Positions 30,683 through 39,306 of a stretch of 64,000 nt of DNA are shown here, piece by piece. Under the pieces are notes generated by a model. The model did no database searches. It saw only the letters and a program-made list of their open reading frames with translations, and was not told the origin of the DNA. The stretch's first letter is position 1. The number at the start of each line of letters is the position of its first letter. Location of the stretch: the NCBI GenBank assembly GCA_041641295.1, contig JBEPYO010000001.1, forward strand, positions 1 through 64,000, read 5' to 3'. This stretch comes from Nitrososphaerota archaeon. GTDB lineage: Archaea > Thermoproteota > Nitrososphaeria_A > Caldarchaeales > Calditenuaceae. A program made the position numbers and the translations under genes.

Positions 30683-32104
30683 TTATTCCACGCAGCAGCT
30701 CATGCGTGTGAGAGGCCTGAGGAACGATTGGGCGGCAAGTTTTATGACCTCGGCATATGTCGGAAAAACATGTATTGTATCCACTATGTCCATCACTGTT
30801 CCGCCATGTTTCATATAGAGTGTTGCTTCAGTGATGAATTCTGCTGCGTTCGGTGAGAGTATGTGCATGCCCAGGACTCTTCCGTCGTTAGGACTTATGA
30901 CAAGCTTCGCCAGACCCCTTCCACCGCCTATTCTAGCCTTGGCCACGTTTTCTAATCCCACAATCCTACACGAGCATGCCCCGAACTTCTCCACCACCTC
31001 CCTTTCAGTCAGTCCTACCATGCCAACCTGTGGTTCTGTGAAAACCACCACTGGTACAGTTGAATAGTCTATTATGGAGGAGCCTTCTCTGACTATGTTG
31101 GATGCAGCGACGGCTCCCTCTCTAGCCGAGAGTGTTTCAAGCATCCATCGCTTGGAAACACAGTCGCCTGCAGCATAGATGCTGTGGTTGGTTGTGCGCA
31201 TAGTCTCGTCAACCTTTATGAAGCCGCGTCCATCTGTCTCAACCCCCGCCACATCTAGGTTTAATTTGTCTGTGTTTGGTACTCTGCCTGTAGCCAGTAG
31301 TAGTGCATCAAATTCTACGGACTTAGGGCCCTCACTGGTTAATACCGTGGCACAGGCGTGGCCGTCATGTTTTGAAAGTTCTACTATACTAGCCTTCGTG
31401 ATGATCTTCATCCCTTCACCCCTCAAAACCTCCGCAAGACTCTCAGATATATCGGGCTCCATCCCAGGGAGGATCCTGTCTAAGACCTCTACTAACGTGA
31501 CCTCACAGCCAATCCTCTGCATTGCCTGCCCTATCTCGAGTCCTACTGCTCCCCCACCCACCAGTAACAATCTCTCAGGCATGTCTTCTAAACTCCAAAT
31601 AGTATCTGTCGTGTAGTATGTTACCTCTTCAAGGCCTTTAATGTTTGGTATTGCTGGTCTCGAACCCGTCGCTATTAGGGCTTTATGGAAACCTATTTCC
31701 CTTGTGTTGTCGCCGGAAACTATTTGGAGGGTCCGTTTCGAGGTGAACGTAGCCCAGCCCTCGACAAACTCAACATTACCATACTGCTGTAGAACCATCT
31801 CGTATTTTTCACGCCTCATTTCCTCTACGAACCTGCGGAGTGATTTCATGAGTTTTCTGAAGTCTAGGTCTGCTCCCTTGGGACTGACCCCCTCGAACAA
31901 CACGCTATGTGATAGATGATAATGTTTGGCCGCCTCGATCAAGTATTTTGACGGGATGCATCCCACGTTGACGCATGTGCCACCCAAACTACCTGCCGAC
32001 ACCATCAAAATTTTCAGTTCACCGTTTGTGAGCTCACTCACTTTTATTGCAGCGGCGAAACCCGCCGCCCCCGCCCCAAGAATAACAAGGTCGTAACTAC
32101 TCAT
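30683..32104 (-). CDS. merA: Mercuric reductase (no N-terminal NmerA domain)
   Basis: GGTCVNVGCIPSK, HVFPT, C-terminal MSCC; ATG at 32104. Confidence 0.9.
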   Translation of the reverse strand: MSSYDLVILGAGAAGFAAAIKVSELTNGELKILMVSAGSLGGTCVNVGCIPSKYLIEAAKHYHLSHSVLFEGVSPKGADLDFRKLMKSLRRFVEEMRREKYEMVLQQYGNVEFVEGWATFTSKRTLQIVSGDNTREIGFHKALIATGSRPAIPNIKGLEEVTYYTTDTIWSLEDMPERLLLVGGGAVGLEIGQAMQRIGCEVTLVEVLDRILPGMEPDISESLAEVLRGEGMKIITKASIVELSKHDGHACATVLTSEGPKSVEFDALLLATGRVPNTDKLNLDVAGVETDGRGFIKVDETMRTTNHSIYAAGDCVSKRWMLETLSAREGAVAASNIVREGSSIIDYSTVPVVVFTEPQVGMVGLTEREVVEKFGACSCRIVGLENVAKARIGGGRGLAKLVISPNDGRVLGMHILSPNAAEFITEATLYMKHGGTVMDIVDTIHVFPTYAEVIKLAAQSFLRPLTRMSCCVE

Positions 32105-32348
32105 ATTCCCTTTGTAAAACATAAAGTATTTAAAACCTCTGGTAAAGATGCTTAACCTTTTTGAAATACTTGTAAAAATTTGCATTGGAAGAGTAACTTT
32201 GAGTTAACAACTCTTACAAGGTAGGGTTTTCCGCTAATGCTTTAACTCTTATCCTTCGGTTGGCTGTCTCTACAATCTACTTCTCAGGATATTTCCATAT
32301 TATAACGGAAGCGTTATATCCCACATATAATGACATTATGGTCGTAAG

Positions 32349-32885
32349 GTGATGAATGGCTTGACTGAGCTTAACGGCCTAAATCTGGAAAAGCTTGAGG
32401 AGCTTGTGAGAATAGTTGCTTCTCAGAAGGAGAAGGCTGAGGAACTCAATGTATGGAGGGCTAGAGTTAAGTGGACTGGAGGATTCCAAAGCAAGGCATA
32501 CGTGAGGAACCACACCTTCATCATAGATGAGCCTGCTGATCTAGCGGGTGTAGACATGGCCCCCAACGCTGTTGAATATGTGCTGTCGGCACTGGGTGCA
32601 TGCCTGACTGTAGGGTTTGTCCTAAATGCCACAAAGAGAAACGTCAAGATAGATGACCTAGAAATTAGCCTGGAGGGAAGGATAGACAATATACTTAATT
32701 TTCTGGGCTTGAGCGAGCAGGGTCATCCTGGATACCGTGAGATAAAGGCGAAACTATACGTTAGATCATCGGCCGATGCTAAAACCCTTGAAGAGATTTG
32801 GAAGAAGACGGTTGAGACATCTCCTGTGGGGAACACCCTCTCAAGAAACGTGAAGATAATTCCAGAACTATCTGTGGTGAGCTGA
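32349..32885 (+). CDS. OsmC-like protein (single Cys)
   Basis: DEPADLAG, PNAVEY..ALGACL; SPV in place of CPV. Confidence 0.8.
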   Translation: MMNGLTELNGLNLEKLEELVRIVASQKEKAEELNVWRARVKWTGGFQSKAYVRNHTFIIDEPADLAGVDMAPNAVEYVLSALGACLTVGFVLNATKRNVKIDDLEISLEGRIDNILNFLGLSEQGHPGYREIKAKLYVRSSADAKTLEEIWKKTVETSPVGNTLSRNVKIIPELSVVS

Positions 32886-32890
32886 TAAAA

Positions 32891-34051
32891 ATGGGCCGGC
32901 TGTTTACTACAAGTGTTGTTGGAAGCTGGCCTAGGCCCCCGTGGCTGCTTGCAGAGCTGAGGAGAAAGAACAAGGGCGAGATAAGCTATGATGAGTTCAG
33001 TGCCATAGCCGACGAGGCTGTTTTGTTAGCCGTAAAATACCAAGAGGATGCGGGCATAGAGGTTTTGACTGATGGGGAGCAACGTAGAGATAACTTCTAC
33101 TCCTTTGTAGCGGACAAGCTAGAGGGAATAAAGCTCATGACGGTGGCCGAGGTGATGGACTTTGTAGAAGACAGCTCAAGATATGAGCAGCTTTTAAGAG
33201 CCCTAGATGTCCCAGCCTTCGCCATCAAAAGCCCAGTAGTTGTTGGACCTGTCAAGAAGAAGAGACCAATTGCTCTAGACGAGTTGGAGTTCCTCCGTAG
33301 ACACACAAAACATGAGGTGAAGGTAACGCTCCCGGGGCCCTACATGCTCACCAGGGCGAGCTGGATAGACCCTGTCTCACGTGCAGCCTACTGGAATAGG
33401 GAGGAGCTTGCGAGGGAGTATGTTAGGCTGTTAAGGGAGGAGATAATCCAGCTAAGGGATGCCGGTGCGTCATTCATCCAGCTCGATGAGCCCACATTGA
33501 CAGAAGTTGTGTACGGCGAGGCGTCCAAGCAGACATTCATGTGCGCTGCCATCTTCTCAAAGATCGACCCGAAGGAGGAGCTGAACTTTGCAACCGAGCT
33601 GATAAACAAAACAGTTAAAGGAATTGACGGCGTCAGACTAGGGATCCACGTCTGCAGAGGAAACTGGAGCACAAGGGAGGAGGCATTGCTGAAAGGCGAC
33701 TATAGGCCGCTAATCCCATACTTCCAAGAGATGAAGGTGAGGCAATTTGTTCTCGAATTCGCAACACAAAGGGCTGGAGAACTCTCAGTCTTTAAAGACG
33801 TTTCAGGCATAGAAGAACTTGGGTTGGGAGTAATTAATCCGAGAGTACGTGAAGTTGAAAGCCCAGACTCGATAGTCAAGAAAGCCGAGGAGGCTGTCAA
33901 ATACTTCGACCCGGATAAAATCTTTCTAAACCCAGACTGTGGCTTCGGAACATTTGCAGAATCCCCTGTAAACACACCAAAAACGGCATTTCAGAAGCTG
34001 AAAAACATGGTTGAGGCTGCCTCGATACTCCGAAAAAGATACGGCGGATAA
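32891..34051 (+). CDS. Cobalamin-independent methionine synthase II-like (MetE core domain only)
   Basis: VGSWPRP, TDGEQRR, IQLDEP, HVCRGN, NPDCG Zn ligands. Confidence 0.88.
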   Translation: MGRLFTTSVVGSWPRPPWLLAELRRKNKGEISYDEFSAIADEAVLLAVKYQEDAGIEVLTDGEQRRDNFYSFVADKLEGIKLMTVAEVMDFVEDSSRYEQLLRALDVPAFAIKSPVVVGPVKKKRPIALDELEFLRRHTKHEVKVTLPGPYMLTRASWIDPVSRAAYWNREELAREYVRLLREEIIQLRDAGASFIQLDEPTLTEVVYGEASKQTFMCAAIFSKIDPKEELNFATELINKTVKGIDGVRLGIHVCRGNWSTREEALLKGDYRPLIPYFQEMKVRQFVLEFATQRAGELSVFKDVSGIEELGLGVINPRVREVESPDSIVKKAEEAVKYFDPDKIFLNPDCGFGTFAESPVNTPKTAFQKLKNMVEAASILRKRYGG

Positions 34052-34110
34052 TCCTATTTAACTACATAGCATTTTTTCTCGTCTCATGTATAGATCCTTC
34101 ATCATTGTGG

Positions 34111-34596
34111 TCAGGTTTTAGAAGTAGGTTGTTGCGGCGCTGTCAATTTAAAGGTGAAAACGCCCTTATCTGTGATGAGTGCTATGTTGTAGACTGTTCC
34201 GGGCTCCCAAGCAATCCCGATGTACAGATTTGTTATTCCGCGGGGAGGAATCACGCATTGCGAGCCAACTATGTATGAACATCTCCATCCCCCATAGGGG
34301 GCAAATACAGCCTCGCTCCCCCTAAATAACTGGGAGCTCGATAAAGGTTCAAACCTCAGCTCGACACCGTTCACCTTGATGCTTTTAATCAAGACAGGCT
34401 CTACATGCTCGTTCGCCACTGCCAGAGATAGCTGCGAAAGACCTCTCGCAAAGTTGTATCCTTTGATATTTAGCGTCGTGGAAACAGTTGGACTGTATGG
34501 CTTCATAAAGTCCAGTATACCTATTGATACGACTACCAAGCCTAGAGCCGCGACCAGCATAAGGGCTAGTGATGTCCGTCTTTGCGCGTCACCCAC
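34111..34596 (-). CDS. Membrane-anchored hypothetical protein (beta-rich external domain)
   Basis: N-terminal TM, Cys pair, WEPGTVYNIALITDKG; overlaps the upstream stop. Confidence 0.7.
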   Translation of the reverse strand: MGDAQRRTSLALMLVAALGLVVVSIGILDFMKPYSPTVSTTLNIKGYNFARGLSQLSLAVANEHVEPVLIKSIKVNGVELRFEPLSSSQLFRGSEAVFAPYGGWRCSYIVGSQCVIPPRGITNLYIGIAWEPGTVYNIALITDKGVFTFKLTAPQQPTSKT

Positions 34597-35536
34597 GCGG
34601 CATCCCCTCCCGCCTCAGCCTGAGAATAGATCGGACAGTCCACAGCACTATCATCCAAGCCGTTACGACGACAGATGTGGCCAAGACGACCAAGACAGTA
34701 TTTGCTCCCGCCTGAACGCCGACCAGCCTAGGGTCAGGCCACAGGTTCTCACCTCGAACGGATGTTTCAGAGAGATCGATTGGAAGCCGCGGTGGTGATG
34801 CAATAGTAGAGGTAATGGTGAGAGTTGCGTTCGCTGGCTTGAACCTTCCGCTTCCTCCAAAGACGGCTAAGATTTGTCTTGGACCAATTTTTGGTGGCTT
34901 GTATTCCAAGGCGGCTATTCCATCTATGTTGGTAGGTATAGCCCCTATGCTCACATATCCTAGAGGGGTATAGTCTAGGAACTCGACTAGGATTCCTTGT
35001 ACGGGTTGACCGTCCTCCGTCATAGCCTTGGCGGTGAGGAGATATATGCCGGGCTGACTCTCGTCGGCTAAAATGGTCAGGCGTAAGGACTCGATGGATG
35101 TCTCGGTCTCCCTGACAACTAATACCCCGTTTTGAAGGTTCTCATGACCCCTACAGCGTAATATGCATCTAATGCTGAATGCTCCGGGCTGGTTAATTGT
35201 CAGCTCTACAACCTTTTTCTCCTCCTCTCCGCTGAGTTCAACCTTTACACCAAATTTTTCAATCTCGATTATGTGGGGATTACCCATTTTCATGCCATGA
35301 TCTCCGTACAAAAAGGTTATCCTAACCGTGTCTCCTTGGTTCACCTCTATCCTGAGTTCTGCTGAGCCGTTGAACCCCATACTTGAGACGATTATTGTAA
35401 ACTCCTTCACCGAGGGTTGAGTGTTCGAGCTTGACACCTCTATTTGGGCCACTGCCGTATGTGGTAGGTGTAGGGCTACGAGATACAGGCTACTCAACAG
35501 CATGATAATTGTGAGAAGAGTTGTAGACCTCCTCAT
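34589..35536 (-). CDS. Secreted cupredoxin + Ig-like domain + C-terminal TM protein
   Basis: Signal peptide; GDTVRI, PHII, CILRCRGHENL; ATG 35536 overlaps the NrfD stop. Confidence 0.75.
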   Translation of the reverse strand: MRRSTTLLTIIMLLSSLYLVALHLPHTAVAQIEVSSSNTQPSVKEFTIIVSSMGFNGSAELRIEVNQGDTVRITFLYGDHGMKMGNPHIIEIEKFGVKVELSGEEEKKVVELTINQPGAFSIRCILRCRGHENLQNGVLVVRETETSIESLRLTILADESQPGIYLLTAKAMTEDGQPVQGILVEFLDYTPLGYVSIGAIPTNIDGIAALEYKPPKIGPRQILAVFGGSGRFKPANATLTITSTIASPPRLPIDLSETSVRGENLWPDPRLVGVQAGANTVLVVLATSVVVTAWMIVLWTVRSILRLRREGMPRG

Positions 35537-37476
35537 TTCAAGATCGCCTCCTCGATCTGCATGGCAAATCTCTTTAGTGCCTCCGCTCCGTAGTATCCAA
35601 GGATACTGACTTTGTAGTGGTTCTGCCACACCTCTAGCTTGGGCGGCGACGTTTTCTCATTTAGTAGGGCGACGCTGCCCCTCGGAAGTTCGAATTTAGT
35701 CACGTTCGGCAAAATCGTCTCAGGAGGGCCTAACTTGTCGCCTATCCTCTGGATAAGGACTAGAACGGATACCGGCTCATCGTAGAGGGTTAGACTGCGT
35801 GTTGAGGGGTCATGGAATGCTAGAGATATTAGGGCTGCCTGCCGGTTGTATCTTATGCTAGTGAGTCTGGCTGAGCCCAGCTTTTGAAGGGCCTCCCTCC
35901 TGACTCTGAGTCCTAAGTCATTAAAAGCACTCATATCGGATGCGATCCCCAGGACACCCAGGCTTCTTCTTAACGGCGTAGCGGCGCCTCTGCCGCTTGA
36001 CAAAGCCTTTATGAGGCTCTTAAGCTGCGCGCCCCCAACAAGGCCTGCTACCAGCCCCACCGCTGCTACAGCGACTGTCTTCATAGCACTCCTTCTAACT
36101 TCGATAGGCCTCTCAACCTGGGCTTCTGGATGTGGGACGATTAGTTTTAGAACTGGATAGGCAGAAGGCTCGGCAGCCAAGGCAGCCGGAGCCTGCTCAT
36201 GGCCCACCGTCTCCCATATAGATACGATGGGGAAGAGCTTGGTGAAAACCAAGTAGATGAGCATGAAGAGTGAAAATGCGCCCGCGGTTATCGATAGCTC
36301 GACCCATGTGGGAACATATGTCCCCCAAGGATATGGGAGCTGAGGCACTGCTAGGCTGGGGACAACGATGTTCCACCTCTCTAACCACATGCCAATGTTG
36401 ACTAGGATCGATGCAGCGAGGTAGCCCTTAATGTTGCGTGTGCCAGGGTAGGCGAGAAGGAAGGCCGGGACTATGAGGCCGCCAACTATCTGTACCCAGA
36501 AGTATGGAGCATAGGAGCCCCAAAAGAGTGATGAGAGCCACACACCCTCAAGCTCTTTAGTGCCTAGATACTTGTAGCCGACCACCAAGTGTTCATTGAT
36601 TGTCAGGTAGACGAGTATCAGAACTAGTGCGAGCATCAGTTTTGCCATTGTGTGTAGATGTTTTTCCGTGATAAACGCGTCTAGACCTAGAAGCTTTCTG
36701 ACGAGGGCCATGATGATAATCACTGTTGCTACTCCTGAGAGGACGGCCCCAGCCACGAAGTATGGTCCGAAAATTGTGCTGTTCCAGCCGACCCTCAACG
36801 TCATGGCAAAGTCCCAAGAGACAACTGTATGCACGGTTATCACCATGAATACTATTAGTATGGTGAGTATGCGCATGGCCTGCTCAAGTATTCTCCACTG
36901 TTCAGGCGTCCCCATCCAATTCAGAGACAGCAGGCTGTATAACCTTCTCCTCCATGATGATGCATCTTTCACAGAGTCTCTGAGTACTGCTATATCGGGA
37001 ATCATCGGAACATACAGGTACAGAGTGGACGTTACGAAGTATGTTCCAATCGCTATGAAGTCCCATATTAGAGGCGACTGAATTCTTCCAAACATCAGTA
37101 AGTTCAATATCCGGTCCGGCCTGCCTAAGTCTATTAAAGGCATAAGCATGGCGACAAACAGTGAGGCAAAGGTTACGGCCTCCGCCATTCTTGTTATCGG
37201 GCGCCGCCAATCAGAGCCTGTCAGCCTGAGGATTGCAGAGATGAGGGCCCCTACGTGGCTTATTCCGATGAAGAAGACGAAGTTTATGATATAGAACCCC
37301 CAAACGACCGTTCTCAAGCCCGTAACTCCTAGACCTGTGGCAAGCTGTACGGACCAGGCGTAAACCCCCCAAGCCACCACAGCTAAGAGGGTGGCGAAGG
37401 CTACGTAGAAGAGGGTTCCATGACGCTGTACTGGCCTGATGAGAGCGTCAATCTTCAGATAGGTTGATGCGGTCAT
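35533..37476 (-). CDS. NrfD/PsrC family quinol oxidoreductase membrane subunit, ActC-like, with C-terminal extension
   Basis: NFVFFIGISHVG, WRRPITRMAE, DLGRP, SPLIWDF, VHTVVSWDFA, GWNSTIFGPYFVAGA, GMWLER. Confidence 0.9.
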   Translation of the reverse strand: MTASTYLKIDALIRPVQRHGTLFYVAFATLLAVVAWGVYAWSVQLATGLGVTGLRTVVWGFYIINFVFFIGISHVGALISAILRLTGSDWRRPITRMAEAVTFASLFVAMLMPLIDLGRPDRILNLLMFGRIQSPLIWDFIAIGTYFVTSTLYLYVPMIPDIAVLRDSVKDASSWRRRLYSLLSLNWMGTPEQWRILEQAMRILTILIVFMVITVHTVVSWDFAMTLRVGWNSTIFGPYFVAGAVLSGVATVIIIMALVRKLLGLDAFITEKHLHTMAKLMLALVLILVYLTINEHLVVGYKYLGTKELEGVWLSSLFWGSYAPYFWVQIVGGLIVPAFLLAYPGTRNIKGYLAASILVNIGMWLERWNIVVPSLAVPQLPYPWGTYVPTWVELSITAGAFSLFMLIYLVFTKLFPIVSIWETVGHEQAPAALAAEPSAYPVLKLIVPHPEAQVERPIEVRRSAMKTVAVAAVGLVAGLVGGAQLKSLIKALSSGRGAATPLRRSLGVLGIASDMSAFNDLGLRVRREALQKLGSARLTSIRYNRQAALISLAFHDPSTRSLTLYDEPVSVLVLIQRIGDKLGPPETILPNVTKFELPRGSVALLNEKTSPPKLEVWQNHYKVSILGYYGAEALKRFAMQIEEAILK

Positions 37477-38273
37477 ACAGAACCGGCACCCCTAGGCGGT
37501 AGATAGATCACGCGCGGCTCTGTGCCTAACTCTTCTTTCAACCTGAAGGGCGCCCTACCTTTAACGATCTCTGACAGCCTGACAGTCTCATCGCCATTTG
37601 ACACGACGTCTTCAGAGGCGTCTCCGAAGAATAAGGCCCTGTGTCCCGCCCTCGTACATGCCTCTACACAGGCGGGCAGTCTCCCCTCTAAAATCCTGTG
37701 CCTACACCATATACACTTTTCAACAACCCCACGCCTGTGGGGAATATTGTAGTCTGGGGAGTAGGGGGTGTTTGCTTCGTCTTCACTTTGTGGGGGGTCG
37801 AACCAGTTAAAGAAGCGGCGCTGGTAGGGGCATGCAGTTATGCATATACGGCATCCGATGCATCTCTCCTGATCTATTAGGACTATATGGTCTTCTGAAT
37901 AGAATGTTGCGCCTACCGGACATACTTTGGCACACGGGGCATTCTGGCAGTTCTGACAGAGCACTGGCAAAAAATACCCATCCCTCTCAAACACCTCTAT
38001 CCAAGGCTGTCGCCCGTTGTAGTTATGCTCTCCCCAAGCAGGAGGAACCCTCATCTCTTCCTGGCAGGCCTCAACACATTTCATGCAGCCGTTACATCGA
38101 TCCGTGTCTATGACGAATACCCACTTTCTCTCCTCTGCCCTTACCCTCGAAACCTCCAGCTCTGTTGGCTGACTAGCCTCGGGAGTCGAGGCCGACGCTA
38201 CAGTACCGGCAAGCGCCGATACTACTCCAGCTAAGAGTTCACGTCTCGAGATCTTCACAGGCTCACCCTCCAA
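37473..38273 (-). CDS. Tat-exported multi-[4Fe-4S] protein (NrfC/QrcC/ActB2-like)
   Basis: SRRELL signal; CNGCMKC..C, CQNC..PC..CP, CIGCRIC..CPY, EKCIWC..PAC..C. Confidence 0.92.
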   Translation of the reverse strand: MEGEPVKISRRELLAGVVSALAGTVASASTPEASQPTELEVSRVRAEERKWVFVIDTDRCNGCMKCVEACQEEMRVPPAWGEHNYNGRQPWIEVFERDGYFLPVLCQNCQNAPCAKVCPVGATFYSEDHIVLIDQERCIGCRICITACPYQRRFFNWFDPPQSEDEANTPYSPDYNIPHRRGVVEKCIWCRHRILEGRLPACVEACTRAGHRALFFGDASEDVVSNGDETVRLSEIVKGRAPFRLKEELGTEPRVIYLPPRGAGSV

Positions 38274-38425
38274 AACATGGATAGGCCTAGATATTCACCA
38301 GCGTGCGTGGCCGTAGGTTCTATGCGTCTTTGCCCCAACGGAAACGCTCCCATCAAAACTGCTGAGGAAATCATAGTGAGAAGAATAGGAGTGATAATCA
38401 AACAATAATAAAAATTAGTGTGATG

Positions 38426-38432
38426 AAAAAAA
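38426..38432 (-). terminator. Possible oligo-T terminator after the cupredoxin gene
   Basis: T7 tract on the minus strand about 33 nt after the stop at 38465. Confidence 0.35.
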
Positions 38433-38464
38433 GGTGTGGGAGACCTTGTCGAGTACACATCAAC

Positions 38465-39040
38465 CTACCCCTCTAATACGACCAAGTATCCAACCATGTA
38501 TGCGTGATCTGCATCACAATCGTCTTTTTCATGATCAAATGGTATACCACATCTAAACTGGAACACTCCAGCTTTGTCGGCAACAAAGGACACCATCACG
38601 GTACGCTTAGCTTCGTCGGGCTGCTCCTCCTTCCCAGGTATCCTGCCTGTATCGACGCCAAAGTCTGCCAGAACAAAGGAGTGCGCGTGGCTCCGCGGGT
38701 TCTTCACCGTCAGCTCCACCTTGTCACCCTTCCGCACAACTAGAACAGGCGGCTCCCATCTATGGAACTCGCCCGTAAGCTCCTCTTCCTCATTCACCTC
38801 TTGTACTATCTTACCCTCACCCAGTACGATTGTAAACTTTTGAGTCTTCGGGCCTACCTTTGCCGTTAATTCGTCAAGAGTTACAGCCTGCTCGTTCAGC
38901 TGTCCAGACAGCCTATTGAGCTGGCCTGATATTGCATCGAGCTGAGCCGTTGTAGACGACGTTTGTCCGACGACTAGTGCTACCGCTGCGACGGCGATGA
39001 CCAAGCTGACAAGACTGAGAACCAAGTACGCTCTGCTCAT
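38465..39040 (-). CDS. Membrane-anchored cupredoxin with coiled-coil stalk
   Basis: N-terminal TM, heptad stalk, KGDKVEL, HSF, FRCG..CDADHAYMVG. Confidence 0.82.
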   Translation of the reverse strand: MSRAYLVLSLVSLVIAVAAVALVVGQTSSTTAQLDAISGQLNRLSGQLNEQAVTLDELTAKVGPKTQKFTIVLGEGKIVQEVNEEEELTGEFHRWEPPVLVVRKGDKVELTVKNPRSHAHSFVLADFGVDTGRIPGKEEQPDEAKRTVMVSFVADKAGVFQFRCGIPFDHEKDDCDADHAYMVGYLVVLEG

Positions 39041-39306
39041 GACCACATTCCCTCGCACATCTTGAACCGCTAACACGGAAAAATGCGTTTCTAGGGAATA
39101 CACTATGCAGGACCAAACGCAAACCCTATTCCCTACCAGAAATGCAACGGAAATTTTCTATTGTCGTAGGGAAAGAAAAATTTCCGCTGGTTTTTCTCTC
39201 AAACCATCCTCTATCCTCGGAAAAACTTAAGTAAAAGGTAAAGATATTTCACCGGCGCCGGACATCGAATATATAAGAGCCTGCATAACATTTACAGTGA
39301 CCTTCT

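Noticed and set aside
30683-32185. Dihydrolipoamide dehydrogenase call and the longer ORF start
   Set aside because: C-terminal CC pair indicates MerA; the extension above 32104 is AT-rich promoter sequence
38255-38458. 67-aa ORF between the cupredoxin and Fe-S genes
   Set aside because: Spans a T-tract and AT-rich promoter-like sequence with no motif; a small TM subunit cannot be fully excluded
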